Shown here in pieces: positions 49,230 through 62,497 of a DNA stretch of 64,000 nucleotides. Position 1 is the first letter of the stretch. Every line of letters begins with the position of its first letter. The notes under the pieces were generated by a model. It made no database searches. It had not been told where the DNA came from and worked only from the letters and a program-made list of their open reading frames with translations. The translations under genes and the position numbers were made by a program. Origin of the DNA: Eledone cirrhosa (taxonomy: Eukaryota); NCBI GenBank assembly GCA_964016885.1, contig OZ024741.1:204476001-204540000 (forward strand), given 5' to 3'.

Positions 49230-52200
49230 ATCATCATCATCATCATCACCGTTTTACGTCCGTTCTTCCACGCTAGCATGGGTTAGATGGGTTGTCCTGT
49301 TGTGGGCAGTGTCTGGTTGGCTGACCATGCCTTGCTCATACAGGAACTGATTTGGCTTGATTTCTACAGCTGGATGCCCTTCCTAACACCAACCTCATTT
49401 ATAGTGAGTGCTGGGTGCTTTTTCGTGGCACCTACACATCCACTTTACAGTGTGGGCTGGGTGCTTTTTTGCCGTGGCACCTACACGACCACCTTGCAGT
49501 GGGAGGGTGTGGGAGCATGTTGTCTATATGCTTCAGCTTGTACCCATAGGAGGTCGGGTACTCTGTATTACTGCGTGACGCCAGAGGTCATGGTCGTGTG
49601 TCATCGCCTTTGAGAGGTGTAATTGAGTAAGGTCGGCTTTTATCACCTCATCCCAGGTCATCTTGGGTCTCCCCACTCCGCGGTTTCCATCGACTTCTAG
49701 TGCTCTGCACCATTTTATGCAGCTATCATCCTTCATATGCATCACATGTCCATACCTACACAACCGTCTCTCCTGCACACAGCATTTGATTCCTCTTATG
49801 CTCAGTCTCTCTCTCAATTCATTTATGCTTTGTTGTTCGCGTATATTACTATTACACATCCATCGGAGCATGCAGGCTTCATTTCTCTCTAATCTACGTA
49901 AGTCTTCCACCTTCAGCGCCCAGGTCTCACTACCATGTAACATTGCTGTTCGGATACACGCATCATACAGTCTGCCTTTCATTTTGAGGGAGAAGCCTTT
50001 TGCAGCTAGCAGTGGCAGTAGTTCCCTGAACTTCTTCCATCCCGTTCTTACCCTAGTTATTGTACTTTCTGAACACCCACCTCCGCTGCTAATTCGGTCA
50101 CCTAGGTAGCAGAAGCTGTCTACTGTTTCTACAGAGCCCTGCGAGAGATTGGTGGTACTTGTTTCCTGTGGCTGTTTGCTGCTTGCTGTCCCAGCACAGC
50201 TGCTGCATGTGAAGCCTACATTCCTAATTAAGCTTCCTGAGATCCCGCTACATCTCTTGTGTACCCATTGTTTGGATTTGGGGCAGAGAATGGAGTTCCT
50301 ACCTACACCTTTCCTACATACTGAGCAAGGCCATTTCCCTGAGGGGATCTGGGTTCTGTTTTCTCGTCTACTTACAAGGACCTTAGTCTTTGTCATGTTG
50401 ACTTTGAGACCCTTTCTTTCTAGTCCCTGCTTCCAAGTTTGGAATTTATTCTCTAGTTCTACCATAGATTCAGCTATGAGTGCGAGGTCATCAGCATACA
50501 GGAGTTCCCATGGGCATCCGGTCTTAAACTCCTCCGTTATTGCCTGCAGGACTATGATGAACAGGAGGGGGCTAAGAACAGAGCCCTGGTGGACCCCAAC
50601 CTGTACGCTAAATTCCTCGCTATACTCATTGCTAATCCTAATTTTGCTGACTGCTCCCCTATACATGGCTTGTACAGCTTTCACAAGCCATTCATCTACT
50701 CCTAGTTTTCTAAGAGCCCACCAGATTACAGCACGTGGAACTCTGTCAAAGGCTTTCTCGAGATCGACGAATGCCAGGTAGAGTGGCTTACTTTTAGCTA
50801 GGTACTTTTCCTGTAACTGCCTCACAAGGAAGAGGGCATCAGTGGTGCCTCTTCCTGGTACAAACCTAAATTGCATCTCTTTTTTTTTTCACCCGTCCCT
50901 AATCAACTGTGCTATAACTCTTTCTGTTACTTTCATGACCTGGTCCATCAGCTTTATACCTCTATAGTTTCCTCTATCGAGTGCATCACCTTTACCTTTG
51001 TAGCAGTTGACAATGATGCTACTGCACCAATCTTTTGTTATGGCACCTTCTAGTATTACCTGGTTAACAATACGTGTGGTTATAGTGTGACCTACAGACC
51101 CAGATGCCTTCAGCATCTCGGCAGCTATACCCGATGGACTGGTTGCCTTCCCCATCTTCATATCTTTGATTGCCTTACTTACTACTCTGCTGCTGACTTG
51201 TACTGCTGGCCCCTCTATAGGGTCTACTTGGGGTAGGGTCTCTTCTTCCCATGCATTCTCCTCATTTAGTAATCTATCATAATGACTCTTCCATGCATCT
51301 TTCTTCTCAGCACTTGTGAGGGCAAGCTCACCTTTATCATTCCGGATACACTTCTCTCCAATGACATCACAATTCTCTCTGACACACTGCCTCGCAATCT
51401 TGAACACCTCCTGTTTCTCCTGTTCTCACGTTGCAAAACATGCTTGAATTTTCTATCCTCTGCTTCCCTCCTAGCTAAGTATACTTGTCGCCTAGCTTCC
51501 CTCTTGGTCTCTATGTAATGTACCCTGCTCCCCCCGTTCTTCCATTCTTTCCATGCCTGTCTCTTAGCCTTAACTGCCTCATCTGCCTTATTGTTCCACC
51601 ACCAAGTCACTCTCCTCCTGCTTGTGGTCTTACTCCAGCCACAGACCTCATCCGTCGCCTCTAGTAAGTTATTTTTTAGGAACTCCCAGTGCTCTTCTAC
51701 ATTGAATGTCTGTATCTGTCCTTTTTTTACTGTCGTAGGCGTTGAGTAAAATATCTTTAAATCTGTTACTGGCTGAGGGGTCTTTCAGCTTCCAGATCTT
51801 TCTTCTCCAGGTTCGTCTAGTTCTGACCGTGAGGTTGCTGACAACTAAGCTATGTTGGGAGGTATATTCCTCACTAGGGAAGGCTTTTGTGTTTACGACC
51901 GTCCATCTGTCACATCCTCTGATGAGGATAAAATCTAACTGACTAGAGTGCTCCCCTGATCTATAGGTGATCAGGTGGTTGTCGGGTTTTTTGAAGTTTG
52001 TGTTACATATCGACATGTCATTGGCATCGCAGAATTCTAGAAGTCTGAATCCTTCTTCATTTCTTGTGCCAACCCAATGGCCTCCATGGACTCTATTGAA
52101 GCCGTCACAGTGTTTACCTACGTGTCCGTTAAAATCTCCTGCGATGATTAGGAAGTCATTGTCGTTTGTTAGAGCAGTAGTGTGCATTAGGGACTCGTAA

Positions 52201-52820
52201 AATCTATCCTTAAGTTTGTCTGGCAACCCCGATTGGGGTGCGTCAGCTGATATTATTGTGGTAATTGTTTTATTCAGGACTAGTCTGAGTTTAATGATTC
52301 TTGCATTTACCCTGTACACTGAGATTACTTTATCTACCCACTTGTCAGCTAGTAGTGTACCTACACCACCCATCTCATCGTCATTTCCCACCCAGAAAAA
52401 TTTGCAGCACTGACTTTTTCCTACAAGGACTCTAGCAGACTCTCCTTTCCATCTAGTCTCTTGCACACAGCATACATCAATTTCCTTTCGCTCTAACATT
52501 TCTACGATTTCTCCTGCTCTTCCTTTCATCGTGCTTACATTGATGGTACCAACTCGGAGTTTGGGGCATTTGTCGACACTCGTAGGGAAGGATCGATTTT
52601 TGCAGGGGTGTGTGTGTGCTTCCTCTCTCTGGATTGGGGCTTCACATGGGTGCTTGGTAGCTCACGGATTCATATTCATTTCATCTATTAATTCAGAGTT
52701 GCTCCAATTTATTCTCAGCTCATCCATCCATAACGGTAGGAAAATTCAGGGCTAGAAGAACAGTGGTGGTGGTAATAATAGCAGGGTGTGTTAGGCTTGG
52801 ACGGGGGAGGAGAGAGTTGG
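49230..52820 (-). mobile_element. RTE lineage A, copy 2 (near full length, frameshifted)
   Basis: ORF pieces 51669-52529, 51266-51610, 50889-51407 and 49533-50876. (CAT)n tail at ~49230. Reverse complement of 1-3457. The 5' boundary is approximate. Confidence 0.95.
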
Positions 52821-52821
52821 G

Positions 52822-52945
52822 TAGCTATGCACTTTATCGAGTAACGTTACTCCAAAGACACTTCAGAGGAATCCCATTTCTGCCGCTTTTATTTGCAATG
52901 AGTCAAGATTCATGATCCTCGGTAAGAGTTGGCAGGAATACCAGG
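52822..52945 (-). mobile_element. RTE lineage E fragment
   Basis: Minus strand reads VFLPTLT.DHES..AAEMGFL..VFGVTLLDKV, as at 37581-37700. Confidence 0.7.
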
Positions 52946-53124
52946 AAGACATTCACATCTATATAAATTTGAGTGACTTCTGTCCACCTGTCCATCACAC
53001 AATATGTATGTGTGTTTGTGTGAATGTATGTAGAAGGAAGGAAAGGAATACACACATATATGTCTTTAACTTAAAAACAGTGATACACACACACATCTCT
53101 AATTTAAGAACACCGACAAACTCA

Positions 53125-56100
53125 GCATAGGGGGCTTGGGCAGGGGTAGTACCCTTGATGGTTGACAGCTGCACCCTAACGGGTAGGGTGGTCAGTCATC
53201 ACCGGCTCCCACCCATCCCCTAAATCTCTCACGTGTGGCTCCAAGCGCCATGCCCCAGCACACCGCTTCAGCGGGTGGACTGAACCATGTGAGGGGTGGT
53301 GTTGACACGGCACCACTAGGCGTATGAGCTTCAACAAGGAAGCCACTGGTTAAAGCAGAAGGAAATCCTCCCTCGGCACCGGTCCAGGACTGAAGGCGAC
53401 CCACACCATATTCCGTGGCCATCGGTTTGCAGTTCTACTAGAGACTACTCCACTTACTGTCTCTTTACTAAATGTCAGTGGTTGGGCTTCAGGTCAGCGA
53501 CCTGTTCCCGGAAAAACTCTCCTGCTACGAAAACAATTCATAGTGCATCAGATTTAAACTCCAAGCAGTCAGGAGAATGGTTGTCTCTAACCGGAGATTG
53601 TATGACGGGTGTCGGCGAAAGTCTCGATGAGGAAGCCGACATCCTGAGGACCAGAATTCTGTCTGCAAAAACAACCACGCGTATTGGATATTGGAACATA
53701 AGAACTCTGTACCAACCATCCAAACTTGCGCAAGTTATCGGAGAAATGGAGGCCTACAAAATTAACATCCTGGGCCTCAGCGAGGTCCGCTGGACAGACT
53801 CTGCGAAGTTTGTCCATGAAAACAAGACCATCTTGTTCTCTGGCCGTCAGAACGGGACCCACCGAAATGGAGTTGCAATCATCAGGGACAGGGCTGCCAG
53901 TGGTGCCCTTGAGGAGTGGACTCCTATCAACGAATGCCTAATGACAGCAAGATTCACCATAGCTCAGTGCTATGCTCCAACCAACGAACATAACAACGAT
54001 GACAAGGACGTTTTCTACCAGCAACTACAAGATGTTGTCAACAAAACCCCACGTCATGATATCCTGGTCATCATGGGAGACATGAACGCACAGATTGGGG
54101 TAAGCAGGGTTGGCTTTGAACATCTCCTTGGCCCCCATGCTTATGGAAACCGCACGGACAACGGGGACAGGTTTGTCCAGTTCTGTGCCATGAACAATAT
54201 GAAAATCGGCTCGTCACTATTTGACCACAAGAACATCCACAAGGTCACATGGGCTTCGAACGACCACAGGACCAAGACGCAAATAGACCACATTGCAATT
54301 GGCCCAAGATGGAGAACTCCTTGCCTGCAGGACGTCCGAGTCTACCGAGGCGCAGATGTCTGCAGTGACCACTATCTGTCTGTTACCAAACTTAAAATCA
54401 GACTGAGGAAGCAGAAGAAGAAAGCACCCACTACAAGGCGTTTTGACACTACCAAGCTGTTTTGACACTACCAACGGTGACACAGACGCACAGTTCGAGG
54501 CTGCTTTGAGGAACAGATTTGCTGTCCTTGAGGAGTCTGCACCAGGCTCGGTCAATTGATGGAAGCTGCAGGGGAAGAAATCCTGGGCTACAGGAAGCCC
54601 CTCAGAGAAGCTTGGGTCAGCGACAGCACCTGGCAGCTGATTAATGAAAGGAAAGCCCTACACCAGCAGAGGCATGCCACTACCCCAGAGTCCATCAAAG
54701 TATATCAGCAGTATGTTGAGAAGGACAAGGAAGTGAAATGCAGTGCCCAAAAGGACAAACGAATGTGGCTTGAGAGTAAGGCAGAGGAGGCAGAAGCAGC
54801 TGCGGCATGCAATGACATGCGCTCTGTGTACCAAATTGCCAAGAAAATCACTGGCAGTTCTAGAGCTAACTCAGGCCCGGTGAAAGCGAAAGATGGTACG
54901 CTGCTTTCCAAGGGTGAAGAAAAGTTAGTCAGATGGGCTGATCATTTCAAGGAAGTCCTCAACCGACTGGAGCCACGTATTCCAGCAGACACTAAGGAAC
55001 TTACTAGTTTGTTACCTATCAATACTGATAACTTCACCGAGAAGGAAGTCCGCATGGCCATCAAAACCCTGAAGAATAACAAGTCACCAGGTATGGATGG
55101 CATTTCTGCTGAAATGCTGAAGTCAGGAGGCAAAAGCATGGTCAAGTGGATGGGCCACTTATGTAATCTTGTGTGGAACACGGGTGAAGTCCCAGAAGAC
55201 TGGAGAAACGGAGTGGTTGTCTGTATCCCCAAGAAGGGCAACCTTGCCGATTGTGACAACTGGAGGGGAGTGACACTTCTCTCCATACCAGAGAAGGTCT
55301 ACTGTCTAGTGATCCTGAACCACATGCATGGCATGGTAGACCGGGAACTGCGAGAACAACAAACAGGGTTCCGACCAAAACGTTCCTGTGCAGAGCAGAT
55401 CTTTACGCTACACCACATCATTGAGAGGTACAACAAATTCCAGAGGCCCCTCGCCATCAGCTTCATCGATTTCTGCAAAGCATTCGATAGCATTCATAGA
55501 CTCTGGAGCATCATGCATGAGTATGGTCTGCCCCAGAAAGTCATTTCGGCAATCAAACAGATTTACGCAAACTCCAAGTGCTGCATACGGACAGAGGATG
55601 GTTACAGTGACTGGTTTGAGGTGGTTACTGGCATGCATCAAGGTTGCTCGCTCTCTCCAATTTTCTTTGCCATAGCCATTGACTGGGTACTAAGAAGAGC
55701 GTTTAAAGACCAGGGTGTATCAGGGTGGGAGAGGAAAAGTTGTCTGACCTGGACTTTGCAGACGATATTGCTGCACTTGCAGAGAGCACAGCTGACCTGC
55801 AAATCATTATGAACAATATCAATGTTGAAGCAGGAAGCTTAGGTCTCAATATCAGTGCCAAGAAGACCAAAGCATGTTATCTGGGACACACCCACCACCA
55901 ACCAGTGTCTTCATTGAACAGAGGGAGGTGAAGATAGTGGACAACTTCACCTACCTAGGAAGCTCCATTAATAATGAGGGCACCATGGACAGTGAACTGC
56001 AATGTAGAATGGGAAAGGCTTCAGCAGCATTTAACCAGCTTGACAAGATCTGGAAGAGCAGGAAGTTCACCCTCAAAACAAAGATGAGATTCTACAACAG

Positions 56101-56516
56101 CAACGTGCTGTCCACACTCTTGTACGGAAGTGAAACATGGCACCTTAAGACCAGCCAAGAGAAGAAGTTGGACATATTCGATTCCAGATGTCTGTGAAAG
56201 ATCCTGGGGATTAAATGGAGTGACCATGTAACAAACCAGGAAGTCAGGAACCGCACCAACCAGCAGCTAGTCTCTTCGACCATCTGCAAGCGACGCCTGG
56301 GCTGGTTTGGACACGCTTTGAGACTTCCCCCGGAGAGACTGGCGAACCAAGTATTTAAATGGAGCCCGCAGAGAAGCAGACGGAGAGGGCGACCCAAAAT
56401 GAACTGGCGCCAGACAAACAGACAATGGCGGGATGCTGTGCAACTGGCTGCTGACCGAACGCGATGGAACACTATGATTGCCTCATGCGTCGCAAGACGC
56501 GGGAGCTTCTGAGTCT
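53125..56516 (+). mobile_element. RTE lineage D, full length with a 10-bp target-site duplication; ORF disrupted
   Basis: GACAAACTCA at 53115-53124 and 56517-56526. APE (WNIRTL, SEVRW, YAPTN, GDMNA, SDH) and RT (NWRGVTLL, FIDF.KAFD, FADD, FTYLGS) in broken frames. Confidence 0.93.
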
Positions 56517-56559
56517 GACAAACTCACACACGCACATACACACACTGTCCTATTTCCAC

Positions 56560-57010
56560 TCAAGAGCTTTGGCCCAGGCAAACATCCCCTCAATTTTGGA
56601 ACTGTCTGGGTTGTCCAGAATTGATGGGAAAAGACTTGAGTCTTACTCTGTGTTCCTGGTCAAGAGGCAGGTGCCTTACCTGCGACGTCACAGTTAGTGA
56701 CTCTTTTGCTTCTTCCCACATCCTGGATGCAGCAGTATGGACGAGAGCTATAGCATCCACAGCTGAAAGGAACAAAATCCTAAAATACTGTGTTCTGTCA
56801 GCTAACTACATTATCCAGCCTGTGGCGTTCGAGATGTTTGGGGGAGTCGGGCTACTGACAGCGAGGTTCTTATCTTCACTGGCAGCTCGCCAAACAGAAG
56901 TAACTGGTGCTGCTCGTGAGGGCACTTGGTTGTTCCAGCACCTCAGCCTCACCATCACCCCAGGTAACGCTGCGAGTGTGCTGGCTTGCCTCAAAAATTA
57001 TTAGAGAGGT
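56560..57010 (+). mobile_element. CRE-clade LINE 3' fragment (restriction-like endonuclease)
   Basis: LSRIDGKR../WSRGRCLTCDVTVSD..AERNKILKY..PVAFEMFG..WLFQHLSLTITPGNAASV. Partial tandem copy at 57234-57370. Confidence 0.8.
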
Positions 57011-57482
57011 TTCCCAGTGCTCCTCGCTATATTGCTATCTTTTGCTCTGGTAGCATCTCATTTTCCACTCTTTCGCTTGCATATTGTTCTATGTGGTCTA
57101 AGATGTATGTATTACATGCTTGTGTATTTTTCTCTTTCTTTTTTTCCATGTCCTTTCCTTTGTATATATTATATTTGTTAGTGTTTTCGTGTATGTATGT
57201 GTTTGTATGAAAGTATGTGAATTTGTGTGAATGGGACGTCACAGTTAGTGACTCTTTTGCTTCTTCCCACATCCTGGATGCAGCGGTAAGGCTGAGAGCT
57301 ACAGTATCCGCAACTGAACGGAACAAAATCCTAAAATACCGTGTTCTGCTGCTAACTACATTATCCAGCCTATGTGGTCTTAGATGTGTATTACGTGCTT
57401 GTATATTTTTTCTTTCTTTTCTTCGTTTTCCTTTTCTTTGTATATATTTGTTTGTGTTTTCGTTCTGTAAGCATTATATTAA

Positions 57483-57632
57483 ATGCTTTCCAGCAGAGTT
57501 ACGTCCCTTTACGATCTGAGTTCAAATCCCGCCGAGGTTAACTTTGCCTTTCATCCTTACGGGGTCGATAAAATAAAGTACCAGTAATGTACTGGGTATT
57601 TGCTGGCCTTGTGCCAAATGTAGAAACAATTA
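57483..57632 (+). mobile_element. 5'-truncated SINE family 1 copy
   Basis: Consensus match. Confidence 0.85.
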
Positions 57633-58819
57633 TATTAAATTTTTATACAAATGAGTTGAACTGTGTTATTAATAAATTAATAAAACGCTATACTTGTTTT
57701 ACCCTCCCATTTCCAATTCACCAAACACTGCTATCATGACTGTATGTGTGTGTTTGTGTAAATGTATATGTATGAAAGTATGTGTATTTATCTGAATGTA
57801 TGTCCATGAGCGTGTATGTTTATAAGTTTGTGTTTGCGCGATTATAGTTATATACTCATACATATAAATGTATGTATGTGCACAATCATACGCGTCAGCA
57901 TGTAGAAATCACTCTATCTCTCTCATCACAAACTCTCTCTTTCTATATATATGGTAGTTGAAGTGGTGGTGGTGGCGATATACCGGAAGTGTAGAAATTT
58001 GAAATTTTGAAAAGAAGTCAATTTTAAATTATTTATATTTACGAAATTTAGTTATGAAATTTAGTACATAAATTATGTAATATTCATTCATTATTTATTC
58101 AAAGTAATCCAACTTATTTTATTAGCTGGATTAAAGAAATAAACCGTATGCAGTCCCGCACTCCTTACTTTATTATAGTTTAGATTGATAAAGTAATATT
58201 AATTGACTAGTATCCTCAGTTTAATAAGGCTTTTAATACAATGGCTGAGAAGTTGAGCAACAATGAATGAGTCTTTTTACCATCTTTGTTTACACAGATT
58301 TTATTCTTGTCTTTAAAAAAAGCTATCACATCATGACAATATTTTGAAAGTTCACAACAATATTTTTACCTTTTTTTTCTTGATCTTATTTGTTTCTCCC
58401 TCTTCTTCAGATATTGATAATTTTAACTTAATAAATATTTTATTCACAGTTATATAAATAACATTACAAATTGTTCGGTCAGAATTCTCTCATCTCTTTC
58501 TGTTCAAACTGGCTGTAACCGGCTGCTCATACTTATGTTAAGGTATTGTTCTCAAAATATATAATATCAAATCTCATAGATTCGATATTATGTGAGATAA
58601 TTATGTGAAATAAAGTGTTTACCATGAAAATATAATAGTAATAGTAAATATAGAGTAATGTAAATGCTAAAGGGTTAATAATTGTTTCCCATTTTGCCAG
58701 ACTTATTTTTTGAGCATTTTCATATTTCATTTCTTATGAATTATTTCTGAATGTGTTTTTTTTTTTTGTTTTTTTTATTTAATTGAGGCTGCTCAGACTT
58801 TAGAATGCTTCAAATTTAT

Positions 58820-59520
58820 GTCCCCTGGTGGATGAATGACAAAGTTGACCTCTGGGAAATTTGAACTCAGATCATAGAGGAACACAACGAAATACCACAG
58901 AGTATTTCATCCACAGCTCTATTGATTTGCCATCCAAAAATAATTCTCTCTCATAGGTACAGGGTTAGCAAATTTGGGGGAATGAGAAAGTCGATTATAC
59001 CAGCTCAAGTATTTAACTGGTACTTTGTTTTATTGACTTCAGAAGGATGAAAGGCATAGTTGGTCATGACAGGAACTCAGAAAGTAAAGACCTGTAACAT
59101 ATACTTCGAAGTATTTGTCTGGTGCTCTAATGCCAATCCACTGCCCTTAAAATAATGGCTTCTAATTTCGGCACAATGCCAGCAATTTTAGGGGGAAAGG
59201 AAAGTTGATTATATCGATTCCTGTACTTGACTGATACTTTAATTTAGTCACTTCAGAAGGATGAAAAGGAAAGTTATCTTCAGAGGTATTTGAACTTAGA
59301 ACATAGAGCTGGAGTAAATACTGCTAAGCACTGCCCTCCCCTGTCTTCCAATAATAATGAAGAGGTCAGAAAGTTTAGCCAATTATATCATCCCTAGTGT
59401 TTGACTGATACTTAATTTTATTGACACCTTGAAGGATGAAAGACAAAGTTGTCTTCCAGAATTTAAACTTAAAAGTAAAGGGACAAAAATAAATACTGCA
59501 AAGCATTTTGTCTGACAATC
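58820..59520 (-). mobile_element. Array of about 4 old SINE family 1-like copies in tandem
   Basis: GAAGGATGAAAG.CAAAGTTG...TTGAACTCAG recurs at ~58830, ~59042, ~59256 and ~59431. Confidence 0.65.
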
Positions 59521-59685
59521 TACTGTTTCTAACCTAATATTAATGAAAATAATTTTAAATCTATTTCACCACAATTAGACATATAGAGTTAATTGTATAC
59601 TTATCTGTTCATGTTTAAATATTCTTTGATTACAGTTTATTTTTAAAATTTTACATTCATTTAAAAAACTATATTTCATTGTTAG

Positions 59686-59787
59686 CCATCAAATATGATG
59701 AGGACAAAGAAGAGACAAACAAACAGAGTCAGAAACAGAAAAAACTCAAATCCGTGGAAGAAGCTAAGAAATTGGAAGCTGAAAAGG
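59686..59787 (+). CDS. VPS13: VPS13A/C-like exon: (A)IKYDEDKEETNKQSQKQKKLKSVEEAKKLEAEK
   Basis: TAG acceptor, GTCAGT donor, 102 nt, phase consistent. Matches the IKYD..KEE...KQ..L..EEAK pattern. Confidence 0.9.
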
Positions 59788-59979
59788 GTCAGTAAAGAAT
59801 CCTTATTACAAGAACTGGAAAAGAACAAAAGTATTTCTCAAGTGAACATTATTAGTCTGTTGTAGCATGATAAACATTAGTAGATAATTGTCTACATGGC
59901 TGTTTATCTGTATGCTTCTTTCTTTGGCTCATACACTCCCTCATTCATTCAGTGTCTTTCTTATTCACTGTTTGCGTGT

Positions 59980-61775
59980 CTCACTCATTCATTGTATGTC
60001 TCACTCATTCATTGTATGTCTCACTCATTCATTGTGTCTCTCACTCATTCATTGTGTATCTTGCTCATTCCTTGTGTGTCTCGCTCATTCATTGTGTCTC
60101 TCACTCATTGTGTCTCTCACTCATTGTGTCTCTCACTCATTGTGTCTCTCACTCATTGTGTCTCTCACTCATTGTGCCTCTCGCTCATTGTGTCTCTCGC
60201 TCATTCATTGTGTCTCTCACTCATTCATTGTGTCTCGCACTCATTCATTGTGTCTCTCGCTCATTCATTGTGTCTCTCACTCATTCATTGTGTCTCTCAC
60301 TCATCGTGTCTCTCGCTCATTCATTGTGTCTCTCGCTCATTCATTGTGTCTCTCACTCATTCATTGTGTCTCTCACTCATCGTGTCTCTCGCTCATTCAT
60401 TGTGTCTCTCGCTCATTCATTGTGTCTCTCACTCATTCATTGTGTCTCTCACTCATCGTGTCTCTCGCTCATTCATTGTGTGTCTCGCTCATTCATTGTG
60501 TGTCTCGTTCATTCATTGTGTGTCTCACTCATTCCTTGTGTGTCTCGCTCATTCATTGTGTCTCTCGCTCATTCATTGTGTCTCTCACTCATTCCTTGTG
60601 TGTCTCGCTCATTCATTGTGTCTCTCGCTCATTCATTGTGTCTCTCGCTCATTCATTGTGTCTCTCACTCATTCATTGTGTGTCTCACTCATTCATTGTG
60701 TGTCTCACTCATTCATTGTGTGTCTCGCTCATTCCTTGTGTGTCACGCTCATTCATTGTGTGTCTCACTCATTCCTTGTGTCACGCTCATTCATTGTGTC
60801 TCTCACTCATTCCTTGTGTGTCTCGCTCATTCCTTGTGTGTCTCGCTCATTCATTGTGTGTCTCGCTCATTCCTTGTGTGTCTCGCTCATTCATTGTGTG
60901 TCACGCTCATTCCTTGTGTGTCTCGCTCATTCATTGTGTGTCTCGCTCATTCATTGTGTCTCTCGCTCATTCATTGTGTCTCTCGCTCATTCCTTGTGTG
61001 TCACGCTCATTCCTTGTGTGTCTCGCTCATTCCTTGTGTGTCTCGCTCATTCATTGTGTGTCTCGCTCATTCCTTGTGCGTCTCGCTCATTCCTTGTGTG
61101 TCACGCTCATTCCTTGTGTGTCTCGCTCATTCATTGTGTCTCTCGCTCATTCATTGTGTGTCTCGCTCATTCATTGTGTGTCTTGCTCATTCCTTGTGTG
61201 TCTCGCTCATTCCTTGTGTGTCTCGCTCATTCATTGTGTGTCTCGCTCATTCATTGTGTGTCTCGCTCATTCATTGTGTGTCTCGCTCATTCATTGTGTC
61301 TCTCGCTCATTCCTTGTGTGTCTCGCTCATTCCTTGTGTGTCTCGCTCATTCATTGTCTCTCGCTCATTCATTGTGTGTCTCGCTCATTCCTTGTGTGTC
61401 TCGCTCATTCATTGTGTCTCTCGCTCATTCCTTGTGTGTCTCGCTCATTCCTTGTGTGTCTCGCTCATTCATTGTCTCTCGCTCATTCCTTGTGTGTCTC
61501 GCTCATTCATTGTGTCTCTCGCTCATTCATTGTGTCTCTCGCTCATTCATTGTGTGTCTCGCTCATTCATTGTGTGTCTCGCTCATTCCTTGTGTCTCTC
61601 GCTCATTCATTGTGTCTCTCGCTCATTCCTTGTGTCTCTCGCTCATTCCTTGTGTCTCTCGCTCATTCCTTGTGTCTCTCGCTCATTCATTGTGTGTCTC
61701 GCTCATTCATTGTGTGTCTCGCTCATTCCTTGTGTCTCTCGCTCATTCATTGTGTGTCTCGCTCATTCCTTGTGC
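59980..61775. repeat. 20-bp minisatellite (TCTCGCTCATTCATTGTGTG variants), about 90 units
   Basis: Directly visible, with 16/18/20-bp unit variants. Followed by a CT/CA low-complexity tract to ~62317. Confidence 0.97.
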
Positions 61776-62497
61776 GTGTCTTACCTATTCATTCTGTGTT
61801 ACTCTCTCGCTCACTCTCTCTCATACTCTCTCACTCACACTCTCTCATACTCTCTCACTCACACACTCTCACCCACACTCTCGCACTCTCTCACTCACAC
61901 TCTCGCACTCTCTCACTCACACTCTCGCACACACACTCTAACACTCTCTCACTCACACATTCACATACTCTCTTTCATACTCTCTCACCCACACTCTCTC
62001 ACCCTCACACCCCCACACCCTCACACCCTCTTACCCACCCACTCTCTCACCAACACACTCATACTCACACACTCTCACTTTTATTCACACACTTTCACTC
62101 TCTCACTCATTGTCTGTCTCTCACTCACTAACTGTCTATATCTCTCTTTCTCATTGTCTGTCTGTCTCTCTCTCTCTCTTATTCTCTGTCTGTCTCTCTC
62201 TCTCACTCACTTTCTGTCTCTCTCTCTCACTCACTTTATGTCTCTCTTACTCACTCTCTCTCACTCTCTCCCTCACCCAATCTCTCTCTCTCTCCCTCAC
62301 CATCTATCTATCTCTCTAAATAAGGAGAAAGTTAGTTATATTATGAAATTTTGGATTTTAAAATTCTTTCATATCCTAGATATTGTTTTTCAGTAGAAAT
62401 ATGGTTATAAAAGGGTTAAATTCTGTTTAAAGTGTCTCAAATTTTGCTAAAATTTCAATATTGTTTTGTTTTTTTCTTTATTCATTTACTTTTTCAG

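Noticed and set aside
59888-62396. Three overlapping 680-810-aa ORFs rich in S/L/H/C/V
   Set aside because: Translations of a stop-free 20-bp minisatellite, open in all three frames; not a protein gene.
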